Of a DNA stretch of 41,569 nt, positions 26,569-34,305 are shown one piece after another. Under the pieces are notes generated by a model that did not search any database, was not told the origin of the DNA, and saw only the letters and a list, made by a program, of their open reading frames with translations. Source of the DNA: a virus (Duplodnaviria > Caudoviricetes); IMG/VR virus record IMGVR_UViG_3300015050_000800, positions 1-41,569 of that record; one strand, 5' to 3'. Every line of letters starts with the position of its first letter. The stretch's first letter is position 1. The position numbers and the translations under genes are program-made.

Positions 26569-26928
26569 AATGATGGTCCTCGCACTGAGTTAGGCAGGAA
26601 GCTGGCGGATAGCTTTGACTTCGCCGCCGAACTCAATCGAAGTCCCGTCATCTTGCGAGTGAACGGTGTCGATAAGCAGATCAACGCGGACCAGCACTTT
26701 GCCGCCGTCCCGGATGAGCTTCGCAAGCGCTCCGCGACCTTGCTTCACATCGATGATGGCGAAGTCTGATTTGAAATCAGGAACGGAGTGAACTGGGCGA
26801 GATGCCATTGCAGGACACCGAGTGATCGTTACTTTTTGCGCTCGCATCTGTTTTCCCCTTCGCTAAACTCAGTTTCGGAAGCGCCTGTTGGCCGCGTGGC
26901 TGGCCTTGTGACGATCCTTGGCTGAACC
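26530..26928. mobile_element. Cassette bounded by repeats 26530-26592 and 26864-26928
   Basis: GTTCAGTGAAGGTTCGCAGAAGG..CACTGAGTTA / TAAACTCAGT..CCTTGTGACGATCCTTGGCTGAACC. Confidence 0.75.
26590..26847 (-). CDS. Hypothetical protein (cassette cargo; first gene of the leftward operon)
   Basis: GAAGGGG RBS next to the inner box; stop codon TAA abuts the other inner box. Confidence 0.65.
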   Translation of the reverse strand: MRAQKVTITRCPAMASRPVHSVPDFKSDFAIIDVKQGRGALAKLIRDGGKVLVRVDLLIDTVHSQDDGTSIEFGGEVKAIRQLPA

Positions 26929-26961
26929 CCCGCCACCCCAATGGGTAAGCTGATGGAGAGG

Positions 26962-27013
26962 AGTGTAACCGCTATTGTCACATAGTCAACAGTAAAGTGA
27001 CAGCTACGGTCAC
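26962..27013 (-). promoter_or_regulatory. PL promoter with two operators (26965-26981, 26997-27013)
   Basis: GTAAC-N7-GTCAC and GTGAC-N7-GTCAC palindromes; minus-strand TTGACT (26989-26984) and TACACT (26967-26962). Confidence 0.75.
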
Positions 27014-27068
27014 TATTTTATTCTGCTTGTGGCAGAGGGGGTTACGGGGAGATTCGAGGGAGGAGGGG

Positions 27069-27287
27069 CTAAATGCCCGACAAAATATACCGGCTGGCGC
27101 GGCCAATGCCCCAGCTAAACGCAGCGAACCCGAGGAAGCAGCCGGTTACAAACGCAGCGTCCTGATAGGTCATTGACGTTTGGTACAAGCCGATTAGCCC
27201 GGCGATAACCGCTGCGGCACCAAACAGGCACATAACGGCGATGCCGGAGCATATCCAATAGACCACATTTCCAAGTCTGGCGATCAT
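27069..27287 (-). CDS. Small two-TM membrane protein co-transcribed with CI (possible superinfection exclusion)
   Basis: 72 aa, hydrophobic, immediately downstream of the repressor. Confidence 0.55.
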   Translation of the reverse strand: MIARLGNVVYWICSGIAVMCLFGAAAVIAGLIGLYQTSMTYQDAAFVTGCFLGFAAFSWGIGRASRYILSGI

Positions 27288-27291
27288 GGGT

Positions 27292-27657
27292 CTAGTTCCG
27301 CTTGCCTACCGCTCGACGCAGCATATCCGCAAAACCCTCTGCCTGGTCGTCTGGGACGCCCTTCACGATGGCGTCTAAGCTGGGGCGCAGTTTCTTCCCG
27401 GCCTCTGGAGGAGGCTCCCAGAGGCGCTGAGGGTCTATCCCCATGGCATCGGCTAGTTCGGCCACTTCCGCCACACTGAGGGTCTTCGGGTTCCGTTCGA
27501 GCCGGTAGTACGATTCCCGCTCGATCTCTAGCCGGTCGGCCATGGCGACGGCTGTCAGGCCGGGGTTGCCGGACTCCTGAAGGTAGACGCGCCACTCCCT
27601 GAGATAGACGTGGGCTTTCGCGCCTCTGCGGATTCGATCTGTCGCCATAAGTGACAT
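27292..27657 (-). CDS. CI-like HTH repressor (no peptidase domain)
   Basis: LREWR..LTAVAMADRLEIERESYYRLE Xre HTH; divergent from Cro. Confidence 0.82.
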   Translation of the reverse strand: MSLMATDRIRRGAKAHVYLREWRVYLQESGNPGLTAVAMADRLEIERESYYRLERNPKTLSVAEVAELADAMGIDPQRLWEPPPEAGKKLRPSLDAIVKGVPDDQAEGFADMLRRAVGKRN

Positions 27658-27736
27658 TATGCCTCACAAGCCCAAAAGGTCTGTGACCGCTGTCGTCACT
27701 TTCAGCTTGACAAGTTGTGACAGTAGCAGTTACAAA
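27651..27736 (+). promoter_or_regulatory. OR operators (27651-27667, 27683-27699, 27717-27733) and PR promoter
   Basis: Three GTGAC-N7-GTCAC-type palindromes; TTGACA at 27707-27712. Confidence 0.8.
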
Positions 27737-27743
27737 CGTTGGC

Positions 27744-27977
27744 ATGGAAGCAAATCCGATCAAAGCTTATCGAGAGCGACAGATTCCGCCTTTGTCACAA
27801 GGCGAGTTTGGCGACCGGGTGGGTGTTACCCGCTTCACCGTGTTGCGATGGGAGAAAGGCGAACCCATCGACGAAAAGAAACTCCCCGCTGTCAGCAAGG
27901 AAATCGGCGTTCCGGCCAAGGAACTGCGCCGCGATCTTGTTGAGAAGCACGAGGAAATTTTCGGAGGTGCGCCATGA
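27744..27977 (+). CDS. Cro-like HTH regulator
   Basis: LSQGEFGDRVGVTRFTVLRWEKG HTH; probably a nearly leaderless mRNA. Confidence 0.82.
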   Translation: MEANPIKAYRERQIPPLSQGEFGDRVGVTRFTVLRWEKGEPIDEKKLPAVSKEIGVPAKELRRDLVEKHEEIFGGAP

Positions 27978-27982
27978 CCTCC

Positions 27983-28255
27983 TCAATTCAGAAACTTACT
28001 CCTCGGCGCAATGACCAGTCCTTTTGTTGGCGGCAGGATAACGTCGCGGGTTCGCGTGGCGGACACATAAGCTCCGTTCGCTGGCATAACCAATCTGATG
28101 ATTGCCACCTTGAGCAGATCGCCGTTTGCGCGCGAGGGAGGCTGGAGCCTGTAACCGACACATCGCAAGACGCCATCGGTCACATGGAAGTCGGTAAATC
28201 CGTCTGCAAAAAATTCTTGAACGGCGAACGGCTCAATTACGCTCTTATCACGCAT
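27983..28255 (-). CDS. Hypothetical protein antisense to the early right operon
   Basis: MRDKSVIEPFAVQEFFADG..; G-rich RBS. Confidence 0.5.
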   Translation of the reverse strand: MRDKSVIEPFAVQEFFADGFTDFHVTDGVLRCVGYRLQPPSRANGDLLKVAIIRLVMPANGAYVSATRTRDVILPPTKGLVIAPRSKFLN

Positions 28256-28352
28256 GATTACCCCCCGGCCTTGGCAATTCTCGATCATGACACAGCGGGA
28301 CAGGGAGTCACGGTAAATCATCGCGGCGTTGCGCTGGTGACTATTGATTCAA

Positions 28353-28388
28353 AAGCGGCAGAAGGCACGGGGCTACCTTCTGCCGCTT
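28353..28388. other. Perfect 13-bp hairpin
   Basis: AAGCGGCAGAAGG-N10-CCTTCTGCCGCTT. Confidence 0.7.
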
Positions 28389-28790
28389 CCGTTCATGTGA
28401 GCGGGGCAACTCACAATCACAACAATTCAAACCATGCCAAGACAAGCGCCAGCGCAATTCCTGCGGCGATAGCCAGCATCATCGCGGCTTTGTCTGACAT
28501 TGTTCAACGCAATCCGCGCAAGAACCATTTCAATCCAAAGTATGTGAGCGCGATTAGCATTGCTGCTCCGATAATCCACCACATGCGAACGCTCGTTTCG
28601 TTCGTTCTGCAATTCTCTCATTTAGATCAATCACGGTTGCTGACTTCCGCGCCAACGGTCGTCGCAACAAATTCTGTAGCTCCTCACTCGCGCGCCAACG
28701 CGGGTCATCGAGGATGTGTGTCAGGTCGATAGTTTCGTTCGTTACTCGCTTCATGCAGCCATTCAACAGCATGGAGCGATCAAAGTGGTG

Positions 28791-29177
28791 ATGAAGAAGG
28801 ACAAGAACGTGATGGATGCCATCGCAAACGTGAACTGGAAAGAACAGATCGGCACGATTGCCGGTCCGTTTCAGCCAACAGACACCAAGCAGAGCTGGCT
28901 AGGCCGCGCAGCGCGCAAAGCCAACGTGTCGGCTCGCTACATCACATCCCTTTATTACGGGCACGTAAAAGACCCGAAGTTCAGTGTGGCGTCGAGTGTA
29001 CTGAGCGCAGCAGAGCTTGCGCGAATAGAAGCCACACGGCGCGAAGCTGCACTGCTCGCGACCCGCTTCGAGATCACTGCCGGGGGACTCAATGCTAAGG
29101 ATGCGGATTTTTTTGGCTCAGAGATTAATTCGCTGCTCGACGCGGCTAATATTTTGCGCGCGATGGGTGGCTCCTGA
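28791..29177 (+). CDS. CII-position regulator (putative HTH)
   Basis: WLGRAARKANVSARYITSLYYG; position after cro. Confidence 0.55.
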   Translation: MKKDKNVMDAIANVNWKEQIGTIAGPFQPTDTKQSWLGRAARKANVSARYITSLYYGHVKDPKFSVASSVLSAAELARIEATRREAALLATRFEITAGGLNAKDADFFGSEINSLLDAANILRAMGGS

Positions 29178-29194
29178 ACTGTGGGAGAGCCGCG

Positions 29195-29329
29195 ATGCTT
29201 AGAGCAATCAAGATCGTCGCTCACGACATCCTCGCAGGGCTGGCGATCATTGTTCTCGCGGTCGCCTTTGCATCCGTTGTTGTGTTTTCGCTGGTTGTTT
29301 TAGTCGGCAGAATTGTGGGGCTGGTATGA
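29195..29329 (+). CDS. 44-aa TM peptide (not in the ORF track)
   Basis: GGAGAG RBS; ATGA-coupled to the next gene. Confidence 0.5.
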   Translation: MLRAIKIVAHDILAGLAIIVLAVAFASVVVFSLVVLVGRIVGLV

Positions 29330-29697
29330 GCAGGAATTCTTGGACGGAAGCAGACAAATCAATCGCTATCCGGCTTCGCAATGAAGGGAAGTCGGACAGC
29401 AAGATTGCGGAAATCCTGGGCCGCTCCCGATCTTCGGTTTCGGGTCAGTTCTGGGCTATCCGCCTCGGTCCTGCGGGATTGAAAGCGTACAACTCGAAAT
29501 ACAACCGCAAGCGCAAGCCACAGCCGCGCGTACTCACCTCAACAATGGTCGATCCAGAAGTTAGGACGATCTATCGCCCAACGCCGGAAATGTTGGCGGA
29601 TCGTGCGCGTCGTGAGGCCATGCCGCATCGTGATCTGACCAGCGCGTTCTTTGGCGACCCGCCGATTGGCCTCAGCGCATTGGATCAACGAGCATGA
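29326..29697 (+). CDS. GcrA/Myb-like HTH protein
   Basis: WTEADK..LRNEGKSDSKIAEILGRSRSSV; C-terminal FFGDPPIG.SAL. Confidence 0.6.
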   Translation: MSRNSWTEADKSIAIRLRNEGKSDSKIAEILGRSRSSVSGQFWAIRLGPAGLKAYNSKYNRKRKPQPRVLTSTMVDPEVRTIYRPTPEMLADRARREAMPHRDLTSAFFGDPPIGLSALDQRA

Positions 29698-29996
29698 TGC
29701 GCCAGCGCCTCAAGAACCGTCGCTTCAACGAAACATTCGAGTTCGAGCATGGCGGCGTTCGCTTCACTGCATCCTATGGCCGTGACGAAAACAACAAGAT
29801 CAAGGAACTGTTCCTGTCCGGCGGAAAGGCTGGATCTGTTGTCGAGGCAATGATGAGCGACGCATCCACGTCAATCTCGATTGCCTTGCAGAGCGGTGTA
29901 AAGCCTCATGAGCTTGCTCATTCGATGGTTCGTAATCCTGACAGTTCGCCAGCATCGCCTATCGGCGTTGTTCTCGATGACATGGTGATGGGATGA
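29694..29996 (+). CDS. Stand-alone TSCPD-like domain (class II ribonucleotide reductase C-terminal type)
   Basis: RQRLKNRR..TFEF..ELFL..KAGS..ISIALQSG. Confidence 0.7.
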   Translation: MMRQRLKNRRFNETFEFEHGGVRFTASYGRDENNKIKELFLSGGKAGSVVEAMMSDASTSISIALQSGVKPHELAHSMVRNPDSSPASPIGVVLDDMVMG

Positions 29997-30709
29997 GCCG
30001 AATTGAACAACTAGCAGAAGGCGTGACGCTCTATCTCGGAGATTGCCGCGAGATATTGCCGACGCTCGGCAAGGTTGATGCGGTTGTGACTGATCCGCCT
30101 TATGGGATTGGCGCGGACAAGGCTGCTGCTGACGCGGCACTCCAGCGCATCAAGGCCGATGGAAAGTCCAAAGCTGGGCGCGGTTGGAAATTCTACGGAG
30201 AGACAGATTGGGACAATGGCAGACCGCCACTAAGCCTGATTTTGTCTCTTTGCGAGATGAGCGAATATCAGATCATTTGGGGCGGAAACTATTTCACGGA
30301 CGTTCTGCCGCCCACCATGCAATGGTTGATTTGGGACAAGGGCCAGCGCGACTTTTCATTGGCAGATTTTGAGATGGCGTGGTCCTCGCAAAAAGCCGCG
30401 TCTCGAATCTTTGACTATCCCCGCGCTGCTGCGCTGCAGGACGGCAAGGAGCATCCCACGCAAAAGCCTATAGAGGTCATGAAGTGGTGCCTTGAGTTCT
30501 TGCCAGAAAAATGCCGAACGATTGTGGACCCGTTTATGGGGTCTGGAACGACTGGTGTGGCTTGCGCGAAGGTTGGACGAAACTTTATCGGGATCGAACG
30601 AGAGCCTAAATATTTCGACATTGCTTGCCATCGAATTGCTGACGCGCTTGCACGTCCAGACCTATTCATAGAACCCCCCAAGCCCGTAAAGCAGGAGGCA
30701 ATGCTTTGA
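29993..30709 (+). CDS. Orphan N6/N4 DNA methyltransferase (beta class)
   Basis: TDPPYG precedes HPTQKP and DPFMGSGTT. Confidence 0.92.
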   Translation: MSRIEQLAEGVTLYLGDCREILPTLGKVDAVVTDPPYGIGADKAAADAALQRIKADGKSKAGRGWKFYGETDWDNGRPPLSLILSLCEMSEYQIIWGGNYFTDVLPPTMQWLIWDKGQRDFSLADFEMAWSSQKAASRIFDYPRAAALQDGKEHPTQKPIEVMKWCLEFLPEKCRTIVDPFMGSGTTGVACAKVGRNFIGIEREPKYFDIACHRIADALARPDLFIEPPKPVKQEAML

Positions 30710-30888
30710 AAAACTACGTCACACCAGAGCTTGCCTTCCTGTCAGAGCCTCGTTTCGGAGAGGTCTACCTGAACATTGTGACGCTGGAGATGGGTCACAA
30801 GAAGATCAGGCTCACCCCATCGCACCTTTCAACGCTTGTAAGCGACGGCGCAAAGATGCTGCGGCCTTATGCGGAGGAGAGGGCTTGA
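30706..30888 (+). CDS. Hypothetical protein
   Basis: GGAGG RBS; TTGA coupling. Confidence 0.55.
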   Translation: MKNYVTPELAFLSEPRFGEVYLNIVTLEMGHKKIRLTPSHLSTLVSDGAKMLRPYAEERA

Positions 30889-31331
30889 GCAGTCAAGATT
30901 CGCAGAAAGCGATCAATGCGGCCAACACGCAAGGTCTCGCGACTGAGTTTGGCCTCATGGTGGACTATGCGCGTGCGGTGATCATCAACACGCCGTTTCC
31001 GCCGTCCACAAATAACCTTTTCATCAACGTGGCGAAGGGCCGTATTCCGTCCGCGCGGTATGCCGACTGGAAGCAAGACGCCGGTTGGGCACTCAAGGCG
31101 CAGCGCCCGAAGTCGATCAAGGGTCCGGTTGTCCTTCGCTATCAATTCCAGGAAGGCCAAGACCGCCGCAAGCGCGACATTGGCAATCTTGAAAAGGCCC
31201 CGACCGATTTGCTCGTTGAGCATGGCGTGATCGAGGCCGACGACAACACGATTGTGCGCGGGATCAGCTTGTCGTGGTCGAAGCACATTACCGGCGCGCG
31301 TGTCGAGATTATTCCAATTTCTAAAGCGTAA
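30885..31331 (+). CDS. rusA: RusA-family Holliday junction resolvase
   Basis: PPSTNNL, RDIGNLEK..DLL..GVIEADD. Confidence 0.88.
   Translation: MSSQDSQKAINAANTQGLATEFGLMVDYARAVIINTPFPPSTNNLFINVAKGRIPSARYADWKQDAGWALKAQRPKSIKGPVVLRYQFQEGQDRRKRDIGNLEKAPTDLLVEHGVIEADDNTIVRGISLSWSKHITGARVEIIPISKA
30887..30950 (+). repeat. Repeat copy forming the RusA N-terminus
   Basis: GAGCAGTCAAGATTCGCAGAAAGC, then CGCGACTGAGTTT 55 bp in. Confidence 0.72.
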
Positions 31332-31349
31332 CCGCACAGGGAGAGTGCA

Positions 31350-31583
31350 ATGACCTTAGAGGACTATGACAAATCGATTAAGCCGCATCTGAACTTCATC
31401 CGTTCGGGCGCTGAGATGGCCGCGCGTCACGCCCGCGCCCTGACTGCAAAGCCACGGTTCGCCACTCTGGCAGAACTTGAACTGGCAGAAACCCGAGAAA
31501 CGCTGGAAGCCGCGTTAAAGCTCGTTGATGCAGCTCAGTCACAGTATCGCGGCAAGCCGATGGAGCAAACCCATGTTGCTTGA
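31350..31583 (+). CDS. Hypothetical protein
   Basis: GGGAGAG RBS. Confidence 0.6.
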   Translation: MTLEDYDKSIKPHLNFIRSGAEMAARHARALTAKPRFATLAELELAETRETLEAALKLVDAAQSQYRGKPMEQTHVA

Positions 31584-32364
31584 TCGCGCTGACCCTATTT
31601 CATCCGGCCCATTTACAGCCGGACATAACCGCCCACCAAGTCCGATTGAGCTTGCTGGCGGGACCATCGACGCCATGTCCGAGTTCATGAAGGACAACCC
31701 AGTCATCGCGGATGAGGAAGTCGCGCGCAAGGCTAAGCTGTTGTGCGACCGAGCCAAGGCCGCACTGGAGGAAATCGAACAGGAGCGCGACAAGTCAGTT
31801 CGTCCCCTGAACGAGAAGGTCGCGGAGATCAACGCCAAGTACAAGGCGTTGCACAATACAGACCCGAAGAAGCCCGGAACGTATGATCGTATCTTCGTTG
31901 AACTGAAATCGCGACTGGCGGCGTTCCTTCTCAAGCAAGAGGAGATTCGTCGGAAGGCTGCCGAGGCGGCTGCGGCTGCGGCAGAAGAGGCCGAGCGGAT
32001 TGCCCGTGAGGCTGATGAACGGGATAGGCAGGCCCGCGACAATGCCGCCGCTGGCGAGCTTGACGTGGACATTGTTGCCGTCACCCAGGAAGCCGACACA
32101 GCTTTCACCGAGTTTGAGAAAGCATCGCGATTTGCGGACCGTGCCGAGCGCGACACGAAGGTAAAGCTTGGCGGCGGGTTTGGGCGTGCTGCTTCGCTCC
32201 GCACTGTCGAGACCCTTCACCTCAATAGCTACAACCTTGCGATCAAGGCCATCGGCCCGCATCCGAAGATTGAGGAGGCCATTCTTGCGGCTGCTCGCGA
32301 GTACCGAAAGGCTCGCGGCGCATTGCCCGAAGGCGTCACCGCAACACAGGAGCGCAAGCTATGA
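31573..32364 (+). CDS. Coiled-coil recombination-module protein
   Basis: GHNRPP motif and long coiled coil; directly upstream of the annealase. Confidence 0.6.
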   Translation: MLLDRADPISSGPFTAGHNRPPSPIELAGGTIDAMSEFMKDNPVIADEEVARKAKLLCDRAKAALEEIEQERDKSVRPLNEKVAEINAKYKALHNTDPKKPGTYDRIFVELKSRLAAFLLKQEEIRRKAAEAAAAAAEEAERIAREADERDRQARDNAAAGELDVDIVAVTQEADTAFTEFEKASRFADRAERDTKVKLGGGFGRAASLRTVETLHLNSYNLAIKAIGPHPKIEEAILAAAREYRKARGALPEGVTATQERKL

Positions 32365-33059
32365 CCTTTAATGAAGATCAAGTAGCGGCGCTCAAGGCCC
32401 CGCTTTCGTCGTCGCTGGTGAAGTCACGCAAGCAGGGTGGCCGGGACGTTAGTTATATCGAAGGCTGGAAAGCTGTCGAAGAAGCGAACCGCATCTTTGG
32501 CTTTGATGGCTGGACCCGCGAAACCGTTGAGATGAAATGTGTCTCTGAGGGTGAGCGGGCCATCGGCCAGCGCGGCGATACCGGCTTTGGCGTGACATAC
32601 ATCGTCAAGGTCCGCGTCATGGTTGGCAACGTATGTCGTGAGGGTTGCGGTGCTGGTCACGGTATCGACCGAGACTTGGGCCAGGCTCATGAGAGCGCGT
32701 TGAAGGAAGCCGAAACCGACGCCATGAAGCGCGCGTTGATGACGTTCGGCAACCCATTCGGGCTGGCTCTGTACGACAAAACGCAAGCTAATGTTTCTGA
32801 CGACACCCCGAGTAAGCCGCGACCGGCGCAGAAGCAGTCAATCCTGCCGGACGACTTCAATGCCCGCGTTGAATACATGGTGACGTGCCGGGAAACCATT
32901 GCCGCATTCACCGACGTTGAGAAGCTGGGCGCGTGGTGGAACTCGGATGAGCAGAAGGAGGCTCGCCGTCAACATCAACTCGAAACTCACCAAGTAGACG
33001 CGCTCAAACAGGCCGTCATGAATCGTCGTGACGAACTTAGCAAAAAGGAAGCAGCATGA
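32361..33059 (+). CDS. Rad52/Rad22-family single-strand annealing protein (Sak)
   Basis: SYIEGW..ANRIFGFDGW..KEAETDAMKRA..FGNPFGL.LY. Confidence 0.92.
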   Translation: MTFNEDQVAALKAPLSSSLVKSRKQGGRDVSYIEGWKAVEEANRIFGFDGWTRETVEMKCVSEGERAIGQRGDTGFGVTYIVKVRVMVGNVCREGCGAGHGIDRDLGQAHESALKEAETDAMKRALMTFGNPFGLALYDKTQANVSDDTPSKPRPAQKQSILPDDFNARVEYMVTCRETIAAFTDVEKLGAWWNSDEQKEARRQHQLETHQVDALKQAVMNRRDELSKKEAA

Positions 33060-33325
33060 CCGACCGTTACGACGCAGTAATCAGCCGCAAGGATAAGAAC
33101 GGCAAGACGCGCTACACCAAGATCGGAGCCGCCTTCCCAGCGAAGGACGGCAAGGACGGATTCAACATCGTTCTGGATGCCCTGCCGATGCCAAATGCGG
33201 AAGGGCAGGCGTGGATCTCGCTTTATGTGCCCAAGCCAAAGGATGAGGAGGCCGCACCGAAGCGCAACGGCTCAATGAGCGACCGCGCGATGAACGACGA
33301 TATGAACGACGATGTGCCATTTTAA
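33056..33325 (+). CDS. Small ssDNA-binding protein
   Basis: TKIGAAF..IVLDALP; acidic tail DDVPF. Confidence 0.7.
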   Translation: MTDRYDAVISRKDKNGKTRYTKIGAAFPAKDGKDGFNIVLDALPMPNAEGQAWISLYVPKPKDEEAAPKRNGSMSDRAMNDDMNDDVPF

Positions 33326-33643
33326 ATGAACGCCAACGCACCGCTATCTGAGCAATTCCGCCTCGCCGCGAAGGATTGGGTCGATAAGGATTCCGCAGCA
33401 TCAATGCTGGAGGAAACCAAGTCAGCCGTTCTTTCGCAGCGGATGGCGGCGCTTGGAGACATGGCCGTGAGCAAGGCCGAACTTCAAGTCAAAGCCTCTA
33501 CTGAATGGCGTGAGTTTGTCGAGGGCATGGTTCGCGCTCGCACGTCAGCCAATCTGGCGAAGGTCAAGTTGGAATGGATCAGGCTCAAATTCAACGAATG
33601 GCAGTCCGAGGCGGCTACCAAACGAGCGGAGATGAAGCTGTGA
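33326..33643 (+). CDS. Recombination-module hypothetical protein
   Basis: Helical, 105 aa, between SSB and HNH. Confidence 0.6.
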   Translation: MNANAPLSEQFRLAAKDWVDKDSAASMLEETKSAVLSQRMAALGDMAVSKAELQVKASTEWREFVEGMVRARTSANLAKVKLEWIRLKFNEWQSEAATKRAEMKL

Positions 33644-34029
33644 AGCTGCGCGGCACATCTCGCAAGGAGTTCCCACTGGCTGTTCGCAAGGCTGCGTTCG
33701 TCCGCTCCTGCAAGAACGGCGTCCCGCATTGCGAGTCGTGCCCGGTCGAACTGAACAAGCGCACTGGCATCATCTACGAGCATGTCATCCCTGACGGCCT
33801 CGGAGGTGAGCCTACTCTGGAGAACTGCAAGGTGCATTGCCGCAACTGCGCTGACGTTAAGACCTTCACCGAGGACAACCCGCGAATGCAGAAAGCTGAT
33901 CGTGTGTTCAAGAAAGAATACGGGCTGACGCCTTCGCGGAAGAAGATCGAATCGCGCGGATTCGCAAAATCACGGCCACAGGGATCCGCATCACGTCCAC
34001 TTAACCGCGAGAAATCTTTCCGCACATGA
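33640..34029 (+). CDS. HNH endonuclease
   Basis: CESC..EHVIP..GG..LENC..HCRNC..KT. Confidence 0.8.
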   Translation: MKLRGTSRKEFPLAVRKAAFVRSCKNGVPHCESCPVELNKRTGIIYEHVIPDGLGGEPTLENCKVHCRNCADVKTFTEDNPRMQKADRVFKKEYGLTPSRKKIESRGFAKSRPQGSASRPLNREKSFRT

Positions 34030-34113
34030 ACAGTGGGGATAGCTCGCCATTGTCATGGCGCGGCTCGACGCGAATATAGGACCGTAAGTTTCAACCGATT
34101 TGGGGCGCATCAC

Positions 34114-34305
34114 ATGCAAGAGAACTGGAAGGCCCTTGGGGCAATCACAGCCCGCATTGCTGGCAGGATTGCGCCGGTCACGTTTGAAGTACCGCTGGAT
34201 GGCGCGCTGGCCGTCCGGCTGTCTGCCTACGCCATTGAGGAGGGCATTAAGCCTGAGACGCTGATCGCTGAAGCTGTCCGCGCTTACGTCGGGGATGCAG
34301 CTTGA
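34114..34305 (+). CDS. Small ribbon-helix-helix-like protein
   Basis: LAVRL..YA..GIKPETLIAEAVRAY. Confidence 0.5.
   Translation: MQENWKALGAITARIAGRIAPVTFEVPLDGALAVRLSAYAIEEGIKPETLIAEAVRAYVGDAA

Noticed and set aside
18952-26928. Repeat series as a CRISPR array or canonical integron
   Set aside because: Copies are degenerate, alternate in orientation and are hundreds of bp apart. There are no cas genes, no GTTRRRY/RYYYAAC pairs, and the integrase looks like a phage Int with xis.
28346-28402. GATTCAAAAGCGGCAGAAGG as another repeat copy
   Set aside because: The inner box is poor (TGTGAGC), and the sequence is explained by the local perfect hairpin.
27974-28732. 252-aa + strand ORF after cro
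   Set aside because: Atypical composition and no motifs; it overlaps a more protein-like antisense ORF and a hairpin. ATGA coupling to cro means it is not fully excluded.
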